A DNA stretch of 64,000 nt from Cyanidioschyzon merolae (taxonomy: Eukaryota). Location: assembly GCA_000091205.1 (NCBI GenBank), contig AP006496.2. One strand, given 5' to 3'. The notes under the pieces were generated by a model. It was given only the letters and a program-made list of their open reading frames with translations, was not told where the DNA came from and did not search any database. The position numbers and the translations under genes are program-made. This document shows, piece after piece, positions 20,652 through 31,295 of the stretch (position 1 is the stretch's first letter; each line of letters starts with the position of its first letter).

Positions 20652-21803
20652 TCAAGCTCGGAAGTCGAGACCCATTTGGCGATAGAGCACAGGGTTTTCG
20701 TCCCATTTGCGGCACTTGATCAAGGTCAGAAGATGAACACGCCTGCCGAGAAGACGCTCCAGCTCCATTCGTGCCTTGACACCGATGGATTTTATGCGAA
20801 CTCCACCAGCGCCGGTGACTATAGCCTTCTGGCTCTGACGTTTGACGTAAATAACGCATCCAATGACCACGGAGCCGTCTTCTTTTGATTCCCACCGCTC
20901 CGTTTCTACCGCGCACTCGTACGGCAGCTCCTGGCGCAGCTGCAGGTACAGTTGTTCGCGCACCACCTCCGCTGCTAGCAGGCGCTCGGGTATATCGGTG
21001 AGTTGCTCACGATCGTAGTGCCATGGCCCCAATGGTGCTAGCTCCGCGATGCGCCTGCGTAGTTCGAAGACGCCCTCTCCAGTCCGGGCGGAGATCTGGT
21101 GGACTTCACGGATCCGTTCAGGGCCTCCCATTTCATGTAGAAGACCATCGCGGACGGCATCCAAGTCTTTACGGGGGATCAGATCGATCTTGTTCACAGC
21201 AAGAAGGATAGGCGTTTTCGCTAGCTCTTCTTTGTCGATCCTGGAAAGCCTCTCAGCGATGCTCGTTTCAGCATGACTCAGCTTGCGGAAATGATGATAG
21301 CGGTTCCCATCGAGCATGACAAGCACAATGTCGGCGCCTCTGCTCGCTTCCCAGGCACTTTTTACCATAGCTTGGTCAAACTTCCGCTTCGGCAGAAATA
21401 CGCCAGGGGTGTCGATAAACACAATCTGTGCATGGAGCGTTTCCTCGATGGCAATGCCCCTTACCTGGAACCTCGTCGTCTGCACCTTCGGCGACACAAT
21501 TGCCACCTTGCTGCCCACCATGGCGTTCACCAAGGTCGACTTCCCGGTATTCGACGGACCAAGAATCGACACGAAGCAGCAGCGCGATTCTGGAGCGACG
21601 CTGAGGTCCCCCCGACGGGTTTCGCTCGCCTCCAGGTCCGACCTCCCTTCGCCTCGGACTTTAAGGACGCCTCCAGGGTGTCGCTGCGGTCGTAGGAACC
21701 GACTCCCCCGCACCGGCACAACTCGTGAAATGCAAAGAAACTTGTTTTTCGATTGCCGATACGGGAACCCGAGAAGCAGTCCGGACGCTTGCAGAAACAT
21801 CAT
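20652..21803 (-). CDS. Era-like GTPase with C-terminal KH domain, probably organelle-targeted (ERAL1-like)
   Basis: G1 GPSNTGKST, G3 DTPG, G4 NKID. Era-type KH domain (VIGCVIYVKRQSQKAIVTGAGGVRIKSIG). The track ORF starts with TTG at 21962; the first ATG is MMFLQ at 21803/21800. The region upstream of G1 looks like a targeting presequence. Confidence 0.8.
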   Translation of the reverse strand: MMFLQASGLLLGFPYRQSKNKFLCISRVVPVRGSRFLRPQRHPGGVLKVRGEGRSDLEASETRRGDLSVAPESRCCFVSILGPSNTGKSTLVNAMVGSKVAIVSPKVQTTRFQVRGIAIEETLHAQIVFIDTPGVFLPKRKFDQAMVKSAWEASRGADIVLVMLDGNRYHHFRKLSHAETSIAERLSRIDKEELAKTPILLAVNKIDLIPRKDLDAVRDGLLHEMGGPERIREVHQISARTGEGVFELRRRIAELAPLGPWHYDREQLTDIPERLLAAEVVREQLYLQLRQELPYECAVETERWESKEDGSVVIGCVIYVKRQSQKAIVTGAGGVRIKSIGVKARMELERLLGRRVHLLTLIKCRKWDENPVLYRQMGLDFRA

Positions 21804-21842
21804 AGAGGTCAGAAGGCTAAATGTGCTGGGCGCCGTACACGC
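21804..21842. promoter_or_regulatory. Very short divergent intergenic segment between the first ATGs of the Era and prenyltransferase genes
   Basis: Era's first ATG (minus strand) is at 21803. The prenyltransferase's first ATG (plus strand) is at 21843. The extended ORFs of the two genes overlap over 21753-21962. This is inferred from ORF geometry only. Confidence 0.35.
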
Positions 21843-23159
21843 ATGAGCGATCGGCTTCGGACAATGCGAACGCGTCAAGGCCCTAGCATCCACTTGGCTC
21901 AGCTGCTGGCTAGTTGTATGTTCATCGTTTCCGCAACATGTTGCTCCTTGGGGAAGAGACAAGCACGCTCCTTTCTAGGACGCTGTTGGAAGGGGACTGG
22001 TGCCGGATGTGCGTTCCGCAGTGGGAACTGCGGCCTCAGAGCTGCGACAGGGTGCTCGTTGCGGGCCTGCAGCTCCGAGTTGGATGCCAGCTCCGACGCA
22101 GTCAGGGCTGGGGACAACTTCGGGCAACGAGCCAGCGACGCTGATCAGGGCCGCCCTGTGCACCAAGTAGGCCGTCAAACGGAAGGCGAGCGCTTCGCGG
22201 TCCGCCGTGCACTGCGCGTTTTTCTCAAGTTCACTCGCCCGCATACGATGTTAGGAAGTGCGGTTTCCATCTGCTCGCTTTCCTTGATGGGAAGCGTATC
22301 TGCCGGGCAGGCTCTAGGTGCAGCCACTTTACCACTTTGGACTCAACTTTTTCCAGTCCTTCTTGTGGGTCTCGTGCCAGCGCTCTTGATGAACATTTAT
22401 ATCGTCGGTCTGAATCAACTGTGTGATATTCCAGTTGACCGTGTGAACAAGCCTTACTTGCCCCTAGCAAGCGGAGAGCTATCGGTTCCCGCTGCAGTTT
22501 CCCTCGTAGGTATGTGTCTTCTGGGATCGTTTAGCCTAGGCTTCTGGCTTCCACAGAGCACCGCGGCCCTACGTTTTGCACTTGTCGCAAGCTGCATCCT
22601 AGGGACGTTATACTCGTTGCCACCGATTCGGTTGAAGCGTTTCCCACTGCTGGCGTCGCTCTGCATTCTAGTCGTAAGAGGTGCGGTCGTGAACATTGGT
22701 TTTTACTTGCACGCGCGCTCAGCTGTCATGTCGCTGAGAGGCCCATGGCTAGCAGAACTTTCCCCACTGATCAAGTTCACGACGGTGTTCTTTGCTGCGT
22801 ACGGGATCGTGATTGCGTTAATGAAAGATATTCCCGATGCGAAAGGTGATAACCAGCATCAACTCAGCAGTTTCACGCTTCAGTTCGGAGAACGGAACAT
22901 CTTCCGCTTTTGCGTCACGATGTTGATCTTCATGTTCATCGCTGGCGGTATATTTTGCATGTCGTCGGCGCTCGCGACGGTCCCGCGGCATCGAGCATTT
23001 GCGGCAGGCGGTTTTCACTTCGTTGCTGCTGCTTGGCTGCGGTGGAGATCGAGAGCCTCCATGATGGAAGCGCATCGTAGCGAGGTGGTGTACAACTTTT
23101 ACATGGACATTTGGAAGCTCTTTTATCTCGAATATGTAGTTCTACCTCTACTGCTTTAA
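21843..23159 (+). CDS. UbiA-family prenyltransferase, homogentisate phytyl/solanesyl-transferase-like (plastid tocopherol/plastoquinone pathway)
   Basis: DRVNKPYLPLASGELS matches the NKPxLPLASGE motif of HPT/HST enzymes. There is a second Asp-rich motif region (KDIPDAKGD) and about 8 predicted TM helices. The N-terminal Arg/Ser-rich extension is consistent with a transit peptide. The track ORF begins with TTG at 21753; ATGs are at 21843, 21861 and 21918. Confidence 0.8.
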   Translation: MSDRLRTMRTRQGPSIHLAQLLASCMFIVSATCCSLGKRQARSFLGRCWKGTGAGCAFRSGNCGLRAATGCSLRACSSELDASSDAVRAGDNFGQRASDADQGRPVHQVGRQTEGERFAVRRALRVFLKFTRPHTMLGSAVSICSLSLMGSVSAGQALGAATLPLWTQLFPVLLVGLVPALLMNIYIVGLNQLCDIPVDRVNKPYLPLASGELSVPAAVSLVGMCLLGSFSLGFWLPQSTAALRFALVASCILGTLYSLPPIRLKRFPLLASLCILVVRGAVVNIGFYLHARSAVMSLRGPWLAELSPLIKFTTVFFAAYGIVIALMKDIPDAKGDNQHQLSSFTLQFGERNIFRFCVTMLIFMFIAGGIFCMSSALATVPRHRAFAAGGFHFVAAAWLRWRSRASMMEAHRSEVVYNFYMDIWKLFYLEYVVLPLLL

Positions 23160-26100
23160 GCTCCGCGGGCCGCGTGCTTTCCGTACTGGAGCCAGTGCCT
23201 CCTAAGAAGATCGCACTAGTTGATCGAACCCTCGGAAGCGCACATGCTATCTAGGGAAGCATCGGTCCATCTTATAAAGCCTAGAATCAAAGCCTTCTCT
23301 GCGAGTCATGCATGCAGACGAATTTGAAAATTTCAGCCAAATCCAATTGGTGCGCGAGACGCAACGCGAAAGGCTAACATCGCTAATTCGACCAAAACTT
23401 TGAAAATGAAATCCTGACAGGGGCGCTTCATAGGGTAGACGGAGAGCCGCCGGTGCCTGCCACAAACTGTACGGGGATTCCAGTCTCATTCTGCGCGTTT
23501 TTCATAATCTCGCCACGAGCATTCCGTTTTCCACTAGCTCCTGGCTGGCGGGGCACCAGAATGCAGGTTACCCACCGCGCGTTACCATATTCCAGTAACT
23601 GCTCGCTCAGATATTGTAGTGTGTGGCTGTTCGTCAAGCAGTCGCAGGCCAAATGCCCCCTGGTCACGTTCCTTCACTGCTCAGTATGTGAACGATAGCG
23701 CGTATGGTTCGAGTCGAGAATATTCATGCGATCCTGCGTGGCGCGTTGCAACACTACTTTCGGGTCAGGCTGACATTGTTTAATAACATGCACGCTCTGT
23801 TTCTGCCTTTCGATTGCTTTTCCAAATTTTTTCAGATACTTAGGCTCGGCATTCGAATTGCCGTCATAGGGCTTATGGATTCAGGTTTCGTTTTAGGATT
23901 CTTCGTCGTCTTTTCAGTGCGGCTCCTTCGGAGATTTGCGAATGGAGCTTGCGTTTTCATAGGAATCAAGATGATTCGCGACGAATCCGAATTGCAGTTC
24001 GTAAAAAACCGACACGATCTCCAATTGATACCAACATGTCTCCATTGTTCTCCTGCCCTTACGTGTAGCATGGGCAAGTCAGGCATTCTTCTCGTTTTCG
24101 ATGTTTCTGTTTCACGGCAAATTGTGGGCGCAACGATTCGCACCGGCGGAGTGGCGAGGAAAAATACTTGACGTCTTCCCTTGACTAATGGTACACAGGC
24201 TCATGCCAAAGGTTCACTGAACTTGTAACGTCAAACATTTGACTCTCTTCGAGAGACAAATCCATCTCTCGAAGTGACCGCGAAGATGCAGTATTCCAGC
24301 GCAGCAAATTACATTCACGGGATACGATCCCATAGGCTCCTGTCTCATTTGTTTGAATCGGTAAGGGTCTTGGACTGGGCTTGAGTCATCTTAGCGATTG
24401 GCTCCAGTGGAGAGTGCGTAACCATTTTGCGCGAAGGAAGCGGGATTGGATCGAAGCATGTCGACTTGATCTCCAGCCTTTTTGATCCTTCCAGTTCGAG
24501 TTGCGTCATGCCCAACATCGCATCCGACAAATCCTCATTGGAACGGAAAGGCGTGCACTTGGGCGTGCAGCAGTCAGAGTGCTCGCAAAGTGGACGAGAA
24601 AGAATCCCGTGCTCGTAGGGTACGGTACTAGTTGCGGAAAGAGAGGGAGGCATCGAAGTGGACATCCTGTACTCGTCAAGGGCATGCACCGAAAGTCGAC
24701 GTAGACGCTCACACTCCACTAAGCGACACTCGGAGGCGGATTCGTGGTGAAACAGTGGAGAATCCTGACCACAGCCATGTTTCACCTGTTCGGAAGGTGC
24801 AACAATGCTGGATTCAAATACGATGAATGTGCCAAGCGAAGCGGGGACCGTAGCTTGCACATGTGATAAAAATGAGGCGAAAACAGCTGGAAAATCTATA
24901 TCGTTGCCTGAGCGCAAGTGTGGAAACACTTCGACTGCTCGTAACAGAGCTCGGGAAAAAGGAAAGCATTGCGAATTTAAAGCCTGAGATGAGAATGAGA
25001 GAAAATGGAAGCAGCCGCAGGAATGGTTCCCAACAAAGCTGACTTTGATGACAGTGGGAAGATATCCATACTTTATTGTGTGAGTCTTCTAAGTATAAAA
25101 GACTGGTTCGATTGTATTCTGGTATAGGTGTTGTACTGCTGCGCGGTCGGGCGTGGCGTGCAGAAATCGAATTTCGCTTGCTGTTCCGGAATCCGCGATT
25201 GGCGAAATAACTCAGGACGAATTTCGATTTCTTGAAATTCAATTTTGACGCATGCCGCGCGACCGCGAAACCGGCCTCCGCTTAGTCGGGCAGTGGTTCG
25301 ATCCGCGTGTCGCGGCTTCGGATGTCTAGTTGCCCGTGTACGGCGCCCTCGCTCCAACACTGATGCAGCCCGGTGCTTGTAAATGGTTGCGCAGTCCTTC
25401 GAATGCATCCGTGCCACTGCCCGGAATCCGCTTAGCGCATGGGTGCTAGTTTGCAATCTGGTATCGGTGTGTCAACGCAGGTCGCAGCGCTGGAATTGGT
25501 AGTTTTGCGCCTGCTTCTGTACATGCAGATGTCCTTAACGAGTAGAGCGAACTCTTGTTTCAGAAGTTCTACTTTCTAAAGGCGAATGCCTTGCGCGGAT
25601 CGGCGCTCCCAAACTTAAATCTCCGTCCTAAATTCCCTGGAAAACTCATATTTTCAAGTAAAGAGTTTCCCGTATAGAGATTTCATGTAATATGCCACGC
25701 GTCGTGTGGGTTGAAGGTACGGCGACTATCCCCATTGTTGCTCGATGAGCTGCGCTTCGGTTTCCTTCTATCTGTTATACTAAGATTCAGTATGTTTCAT
25801 GCTCCAAGGGCGCAGCGGACTCCGAGGAACGCAGTTGGAGCGTTGGAGAGTAGAGATCGAGCTCTTCGTGTCATGGGGGCCGTATGAGTCGCGGGTTTCA
25901 CATGCACGGCGCTCGCTGTACTGCGTAGTAGCTGCACCTTACCAACCAACGCATTAATCGGTCGAATTCGGGGGCAGCGGGATGCTTTATGGTTGGGAAT
26001 CGATGAGACTAAGCAGAGATTTCGTGGAAACGCGTTTGTAAACTGAGCCCAGGGAAGCAACCACCTGAGCACCTCGCCAAATACTCAACGTTCCACTGTT

Positions 26101-26991
26101 TCTAGACAAGAAATCGCCTCGGGATTGGACGCTTGATCTATCCAGCGACTATCCGAGAGCCAAGCCTAACACTGGTTGTTGGAGCGATGCTGGATGATGT
26201 GCCGCAGCCTCGGTCGCCACGCACAGAGACAGAAAGGCCCCACAGCGCCTCTACGGTTCTCGACGGGATACAGCCACACCGAAACGAGACGCAACGGTCT
26301 GATTTCCTTAAGCCGGCGATGCATGTTCTCAGAAAAAGCGGGAGAATCGGAACATTAATCGTAGAGCATTCATTGCATTCTTTCCATTGCTTCCTTGATT
26401 CTTCCCTGACTGCATGCCGTCTTCTACTGAGACGCAGAAAGTCTATCGGTTATTGCGTCTCCGGCCATTTCTGATTCTGCACGGCGCGGTCTCCGAAGGA
26501 AAGCGACTCCATAGTATGCAAGGAACTCGACGCATTCATGGATCCCCGAAGAGAGAGAAACTGAGTCTTTGAATCTAAAACTGACACGGTATCGGCGTAC
26601 TATAAAGAAAGAGATTCCGGTTGCCGAACCCGGGGAGCCGCTGAGCTGCTGAGCTGCTTCGACTTTTTGCTCGCAGCATCCGCGCACTATCGTGGTTACT
26701 GAATGAAGACTTTTAGGCGCTTGATAACGAAAAGATTCGATACATCGATGCTTATGAGTACTATGTGCGCCTGTACTTTAAACACTTGTTTTCGTAGCAC
26801 GCTTTCCTGGCGTTCAGAGACTTCAGCCGTTTACAAGTGCGCCAGCAATGCGTTCGAAACCGTTACAACACAAAAAAAACAGAAAGCAACGCCGATATTG
26901 ATCTCTCGCCCGACGGATACTCTGCGCGGATGCCGTACGAGACATGCGTCCGTCGACACCGTTCGATTGCCGCGGCGCACACTTTCATTCA

Positions 26992-27954
26992 TCAGCCAAT
27001 TATAATCTTGCCATCATCTGTGAATGAATATGTTGGAACTTCAAGATTCAACGGAGCTGGACCTTTCCGCACTCGCCCGCTAACGTCGTAATGACTGCCA
27101 TGGCACGGGCAGAAGAATCCACCCCAGTCGCCAGCGTTTGCGATTGGAACGCATCCCAGATGGGTGCACACGCCAACTACCACGAGCCACTCCGGGTTGA
27201 TGGCTCTTGAGGCGTCGGTCTCGGGGTCCCGCAGCGGAGCATTATCATCACGTCGAGCAGCCTCGATCTCCTCTGGTGTGCGATGCCGAATCATCACAGG
27301 TTTCCCGCGCCATTTGATCGTCGCGGTTTGGCCCAACGGGACAGCCGACAGGTCGACTTCGACCGTACCAAGCGCAAGCACATCCGCAGAGGCGCTCATG
27401 GTGTAGATAAACTTTAAGAGCAGAACACGCACAGCTGAAGCAGCGACAAGCTTCGCCGACCCAAGCATCATATATGTGAAAGCCCGCCTGGTCGGATCGC
27501 CACGAGGTAACAAGTGAGGCTCTCGAAAGTACTCGTCCGCGTACCCAACAGGCAAAGCGGTCGACTGCGGTGCGCGACTGGCGACGGCCCCGTCGCCAGC
27601 CAGGGGCGCGACGCTATCCGAGCTTGAACTCGTGAGCGCCGCGCGCTGTGACTTTCGCAGCGCCTCAGCCGCCAGAAGTGCACCATTCTGCACCGAACTC
27701 AGATGAGATGATGAAGTTTCCGGGCTGCTTAACCGCAAACCTGCGCATGTTACCGAACTTGACAGCAACCTCGCTGTCGCTGCTGCCTCGTAGAGGAGTC
27801 GGCGTTCTGGACCACAGCGCACTGGCTCGTTTGCAGCGCGGGGCGCCTCCACAGCGCAGAGCCCCACGCAGCCTAAGAACCCAGAGCGAGAAAGGATGTG
27901 CGTAGTTTGTACGCTTCGTCGAAAGGCTCTTAGAAGCGCAGCTGTCGTCTGCAT
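26992..27954 (-). CDS. Rieske iron-sulfur protein of the mitochondrial cytochrome bc1 complex
   Basis: Box I CTHLGCVP and box [11 protein letters not shown]. The C-terminus [18 protein letters not shown] is the mitochondrial type. The N-terminal presequence is [18 protein letters not shown] verified at 27952-27954. Confidence 0.9.
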   Translation of the reverse strand: MQTTAALLRAFRRSVQTTHILSRSGFLGCVGLCAVEAPRAANEPVRCGPERRLLYEAAATARLLSSSVTCAGLRLSSPETSSSHLSSVQNGALLAAEALRKSQRAALTSSSSDSVAPLAGDGAVASRAPQSTALPVGYADEYFREPHLLPRGDPTRRAFTYMMLGSAKLVAASAVRVLLLKFIYTMSASADVLALGTVEVDLSAVPLGQTATIKWRGKPVMIRHRTPEEIEAARRDDNAPLRDPETDASRAINPEWLVVVGVCTHLGCVPIANAGDWGGFFCPCHGSHYDVSGRVRKGPAPLNLEVPTYSFTDDGKIIIG

Positions 27955-28053
27955 TAGTGAACTGCTTCTAAAACGCTGACAAGAAACGCGACGCTGTGCG
28001 TTGCTCGCGCGAACGGATCGCCGCCGACGGCGCAGAACGGCTTGGGATATGCT
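27955..28053. promoter_or_regulatory. Putative bidirectional promoter, about 99 bp, between the Rieske and COX19 start codons
   Basis: The two genes are head-to-head with their ATGs 99 bp apart. Both encode respiratory-chain-related proteins. Confidence 0.4.
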
Positions 28054-28470
28054 ATGACGACCTCGAACGCACTGAGCGGTGGGAAGCCGTCACGGCCATC
28101 CCCGCCTGAGAAGGGCTCTTTTCCGCTAGACCGCGAAGGGCTATGTGCAGACTTTGCCCGGGCTGTGATTCGGTGCCTGCGGGAGCGCGAGGGCCGGACA
28201 GCGGCGTGCCGCGGTGAAGAGCTGGCCTATCTCGAGTGTCGCATGAATCACGGTTTAATGACCCCGGAGAGCCCGGCAGATCTTGGCTTCGATGAAGAAA
28301 ACGACAGAGCACTGTCTGCTGTTAATGAGCGTGATGATGGTAAGGAGCAACTGAAAGTCTCAGACGGGGCATACGTCGCTGGCTTGCGGTACCATCGCAG
28401 CAGGCGGCGCCATCGAGAGCAGGAGGGTCAGCGGCCGGGTTCGTCTAGAGAAGAGTCCCCCGAGGGATAG
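28054..28470 (+). CDS. COX19: COX19 cytochrome c oxidase assembly factor (twin CX9C, CHCH fold)
   Basis: [15 protein letters not shown] is followed by [11 protein letters not shown] and [11 protein letters not shown] (two CX9C pairs), then CRMNHGLM. This is the canonical COX19 pattern. The track ORF starts with TTG at 28042; the ATG is at 28054. There is a long acidic, Arg-rich C-terminal tail. Confidence 0.85.
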   Translation: MTTSNALSGGKPSRPSPPEKGSFPLDREGLCADFARAVIRCLREREGRTAACRGEELAYLECRMNHGLMTPESPADLGFDEENDRALSAVNERDDGKEQLKVSDGAYVAGLRYHRSRRRHREQEGQRPGSSREESPEG

Positions 28471-28623
28471 GAGGTCCTCGTGTTTGGCCTTTTCTGGCCC
28501 AATACGGGTAGGTGAACAGCCGCGACGAACCGCGGAGACGGGTAATGGCGTTCGCCCGGTGATAAATGTCCGCCGAACAGGGTTCGCAGGGTACCTCGCG
28601 TCTGGAGGTGCGCTCTATGGCTT

Positions 28624-30693
28624 TTATGGCACATATACCATATTCGAGGCGTTTCCGCTGGTGTATCCATCGTTTGTGAAGTTGCTCTCACTAGCCTGGA
28701 CTCCGTATAAGAGCGATCGCAGCAAGCTGTCTGTGCTGGCTTGTGCATCGTCGAGTGTTCGCTGCCCAGCAGTTTGAATTGAAGTCGAGCCTACACCGTC
28801 GCGACCCTCTCGGTGAACATCGTTACGCCCCCACTGTTGATTGTTTTCTCTGCTGCTCATTTCAAGTTTTGCTCCGGTTTCCACCGCATCCTGCGGAAAT
28901 CGTGGCGGAGTGCAACTTGTGCACACGGCGGGCGGCTTTGAATACGCGACGCATGCTGCATCGCATGCATTGGCAACTGCAGTCCGAGGCTCAAACGATT
29001 CTGGAGCAAGTGCTGATTCGCTGTCACCGCAGGCACTTATCCATGCATATTGGAGGCGGATGTGGCTCGGTGAACCGCACAACCGATGGATTTCTGACAC
29101 GAGGAGCTGCTCACCTTCGTCGCTCCTACGCATCCAATGTCCGAGTCCGTTTGCCCGCGCCATGCGGCATGCATTCGCGTTCCAGAGCTCGTCAAATTCA
29201 GCTGTTCCGGTCCGGTAAGCCTCGTCGGTACACACCCGTAGGCGGAGCAAATGGGCAGGCGGTAGTTGTTCCCGCATCTCATTTGAGGTTTGCACAGAAG
29301 ATGCGATACAGGATGCCCATTTTTCTGCGAGATGGTCGAACACTGCAGCGAATCTTTTCTTCAAGCGAAGCGTGAGGAGGATGCGAGGGTTGCGGTTCCA
29401 CTGCTCAAGTTTGATTTCTTCAGGACTCCTTGGCAACGGCACGATTTGCAGACTGACTTCCATGTTCAAATTTTTGCCATCGCGAGTATTCGTGAGCGCC
29501 TTGCGAAGTATGCGATCTGGTTCGATATCAACCATGTGCCCAGGCTCCGTATGATGGCTATCTCTTTCGCGGAGCGCGGCGTAGGCCCCGGCACCGGCGC
29601 GGTTCAGCCATGCAGCGCTTGATTCCGGCCTGGCGCTGGCTGCCGTTTCTGCTGTAGGTTCTTGTCGCAGTAGGCTCAAAAGCGCAGCGGCCCAGCTGCA
29701 GGCATCGGACGTCGACGCGCACTTACCGAATGCGGTGGCGGTTTGGTCAGCGATGGAACGGACGCCGTCCTTGTTTTGGATGCCTCTGGTTTCCAGCTGC
29801 CTAGCGGCGAGTAGAGTGCGAATTTGCAGATCCGGCTGTAAAACGCGGTCGAATAAGTGCATGGATTCGGCTATTTCTGCTATCTCCGGGCTAATCATAG
29901 CTGCTCGTTTGACTGGATCGATTGCCCTCCGAAGACATCGATGAAAAACTCCTGTCACCTGGGATGCTGATCTTGTACGAATGATGCGAGCCATAGCCTG
30001 GAAGTCGCGCCCCACCTGCAGAAGCGCTTTGTAAAACATTTCTATTTCATGCTCGCTCCAGACGCCGATGTTAACGGATGGCGCCCCGTCCGTCTTTGGC
30101 AGATGTTTCGTGCCATCCGATGCAAGCTCGGAGGCCGTAGTGGCGGCTCGTGCCGCTGCTGGAGACCTGTGCGCAGCAGTGACTTCCTGGCGCTTTAGGC
30201 CCGCTCCTCGCCACCGCATCCATCCGGCCGATCTCTTCCACGTGCTTCCAGCGGTTCCAGCACCTTGCATATCCGGTCTCAGTGAAGAACCGGTCCCAAA
30301 ATTGGCATTGTTGCTGTTCTCTGTGCGCGGAAGGGCAGCGACTCTGGTTAATCCTGGCGCAGGGTGATCTCTGCTTGTCCCCTCTATCGCAAGACACCAG
30401 TCCGTGCCAGTATCAGAGCCTAGCTTCTGCACTGCTCCGCCTGTTTGGGTATGCCCGAGCAGCGTACTGCTTCCGAAAAGCAGCGAGGGCAACTGATGGA
30501 GGCTCAAACCTTTATCGAGCCCTAGACCAAACAGACTTCCATTGGAGTTCCCGAGCTGCGCTACCCATGGCGAGAGTGACACTGTTCCGAGTTCCTCCGC
30601 AGCCCGCGTGCCAGTTTCGAGCTCGGGAATATTTCTCCCAGCTTCAGCGAGATACGTCTGTGTACCTCTGCGTCCCAAGGCAGTTGAGTCCAT
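28624..30693 (-). CDS. SANT-domain protein, Bdp1 (TFIIIB B-double-prime)-like
   Basis: WSEHEIEMFYKALLQVGRDFQAMARIIRTRSASQVTGVF fits the extended SANT domain of Bdp1 (W-S-x2-E-x3-F-Y-x-A-x2-Q-x-G-x-D-F...R-T/S-x2-Q-V). The rest of the protein is low-complexity. ATG verified at 30691-30693. The product assignment is tentative. Confidence 0.5.
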   Translation of the reverse strand: MDSTALGRRGTQTYLAEAGRNIPELETGTRAAEELGTVSLSPWVAQLGNSNGSLFGLGLDKGLSLHQLPSLLFGSSTLLGHTQTGGAVQKLGSDTGTDWCLAIEGTSRDHPAPGLTRVAALPRTENSNNANFGTGSSLRPDMQGAGTAGSTWKRSAGWMRWRGAGLKRQEVTAAHRSPAAARAATTASELASDGTKHLPKTDGAPSVNIGVWSEHEIEMFYKALLQVGRDFQAMARIIRTRSASQVTGVFHRCLRRAIDPVKRAAMISPEIAEIAESMHLFDRVLQPDLQIRTLLAARQLETRGIQNKDGVRSIADQTATAFGKCASTSDACSWAAALLSLLRQEPTAETAASARPESSAAWLNRAGAGAYAALRERDSHHTEPGHMVDIEPDRILRKALTNTRDGKNLNMEVSLQIVPLPRSPEEIKLEQWNRNPRILLTLRLKKRFAAVFDHLAEKWASCIASSVQTSNEMREQLPPAHLLRLRVCTDEAYRTGTAEFDELWNANACRMARANGLGHWMRRSDEGEQLLVSEIHRLCGSPSHIRLQYAWISACGDSESALAPESFEPRTAVANACDAACVAYSKPPAVCTSCTPPRFPQDAVETGAKLEMSSRENNQQWGRNDVHREGRDGVGSTSIQTAGQRTLDDAQASTDSLLRSLLYGVQASESNFTNDGYTSGNASNMVYVP

Positions 30694-31295
30694 TTCAAGC
30701 GTGATCCTCAGTCTGTGCTAAACCGCAAAAGACAGTCTTCGCACTTGAGTGCGTGTCGAAGTACAGAGCACCCTATGACACCCCGTCGACCAAGACACAG
30801 AACTGCGAATACGATTCACAAACAACAGATCCAGAAACAAAACCCCCGACACCCAAACGAGCAACAACCAAGCAAGTTCCAACTACAGGGGTGTTGAATG
30901 CGAAGCGCCGCCCCTACTACCGCACACCGACACGCTTGAACGGCTCATCGAGCGTATGGCGCGCAGTCGACGCCTGCAGGCACCGAAGGCGCGCCAACTG
31001 CGCCTGATGCATCGGAAGCCCCATGAGGCAGTGCCCTCTGGCGGTAGCGGCATCGACGCCATGCCCCAGATGCAGCGCATCGCCGCCTGCGGCCAAATGG
31101 AAGCCGTTGCACGCATGCATTCACGCACGCACGCACGCATGCACGGTACGCCATGCGTGCCGTCCGGATTTCGAATTCGATTCCCGCCATGCTGCCATGT
31201 CCGAAGCGCTTACGTCACGCGGCAGCATTCTATCTGGGTACCTTTACAGCGCTTTGACTGGTTGCAGCGGGTGACCTGTTTGTTCCTTGCGGAAC

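Noticed and set aside
20652-21962. A bacterial reading of the window (Era, Maf, MoaC, galactokinase, CDS, CLS all have bacterial homologs)
   Set aside because: DNA polymerase delta with CysA/CysB, eIF2-alpha with the Ser51 site, proteasome alpha-6, OTU1/YOD1, formin FH1-FH2, COX19 twin-CX9C and PPR proteins are eukaryote-specific. Many track ORFs start at TTG/GTG only because the ORF caller permits it.
25250-25325. tRNA-like T-loop string GGTTCGATCC with nearby GC-rich stems
   Set aside because: I could not fold a 7-bp acceptor stem, D arm and anticodon arm around it by eye. The T-stem flanks (AGTGG / CGCGT) do not pair. Left as unassigned pending a covariance scan.
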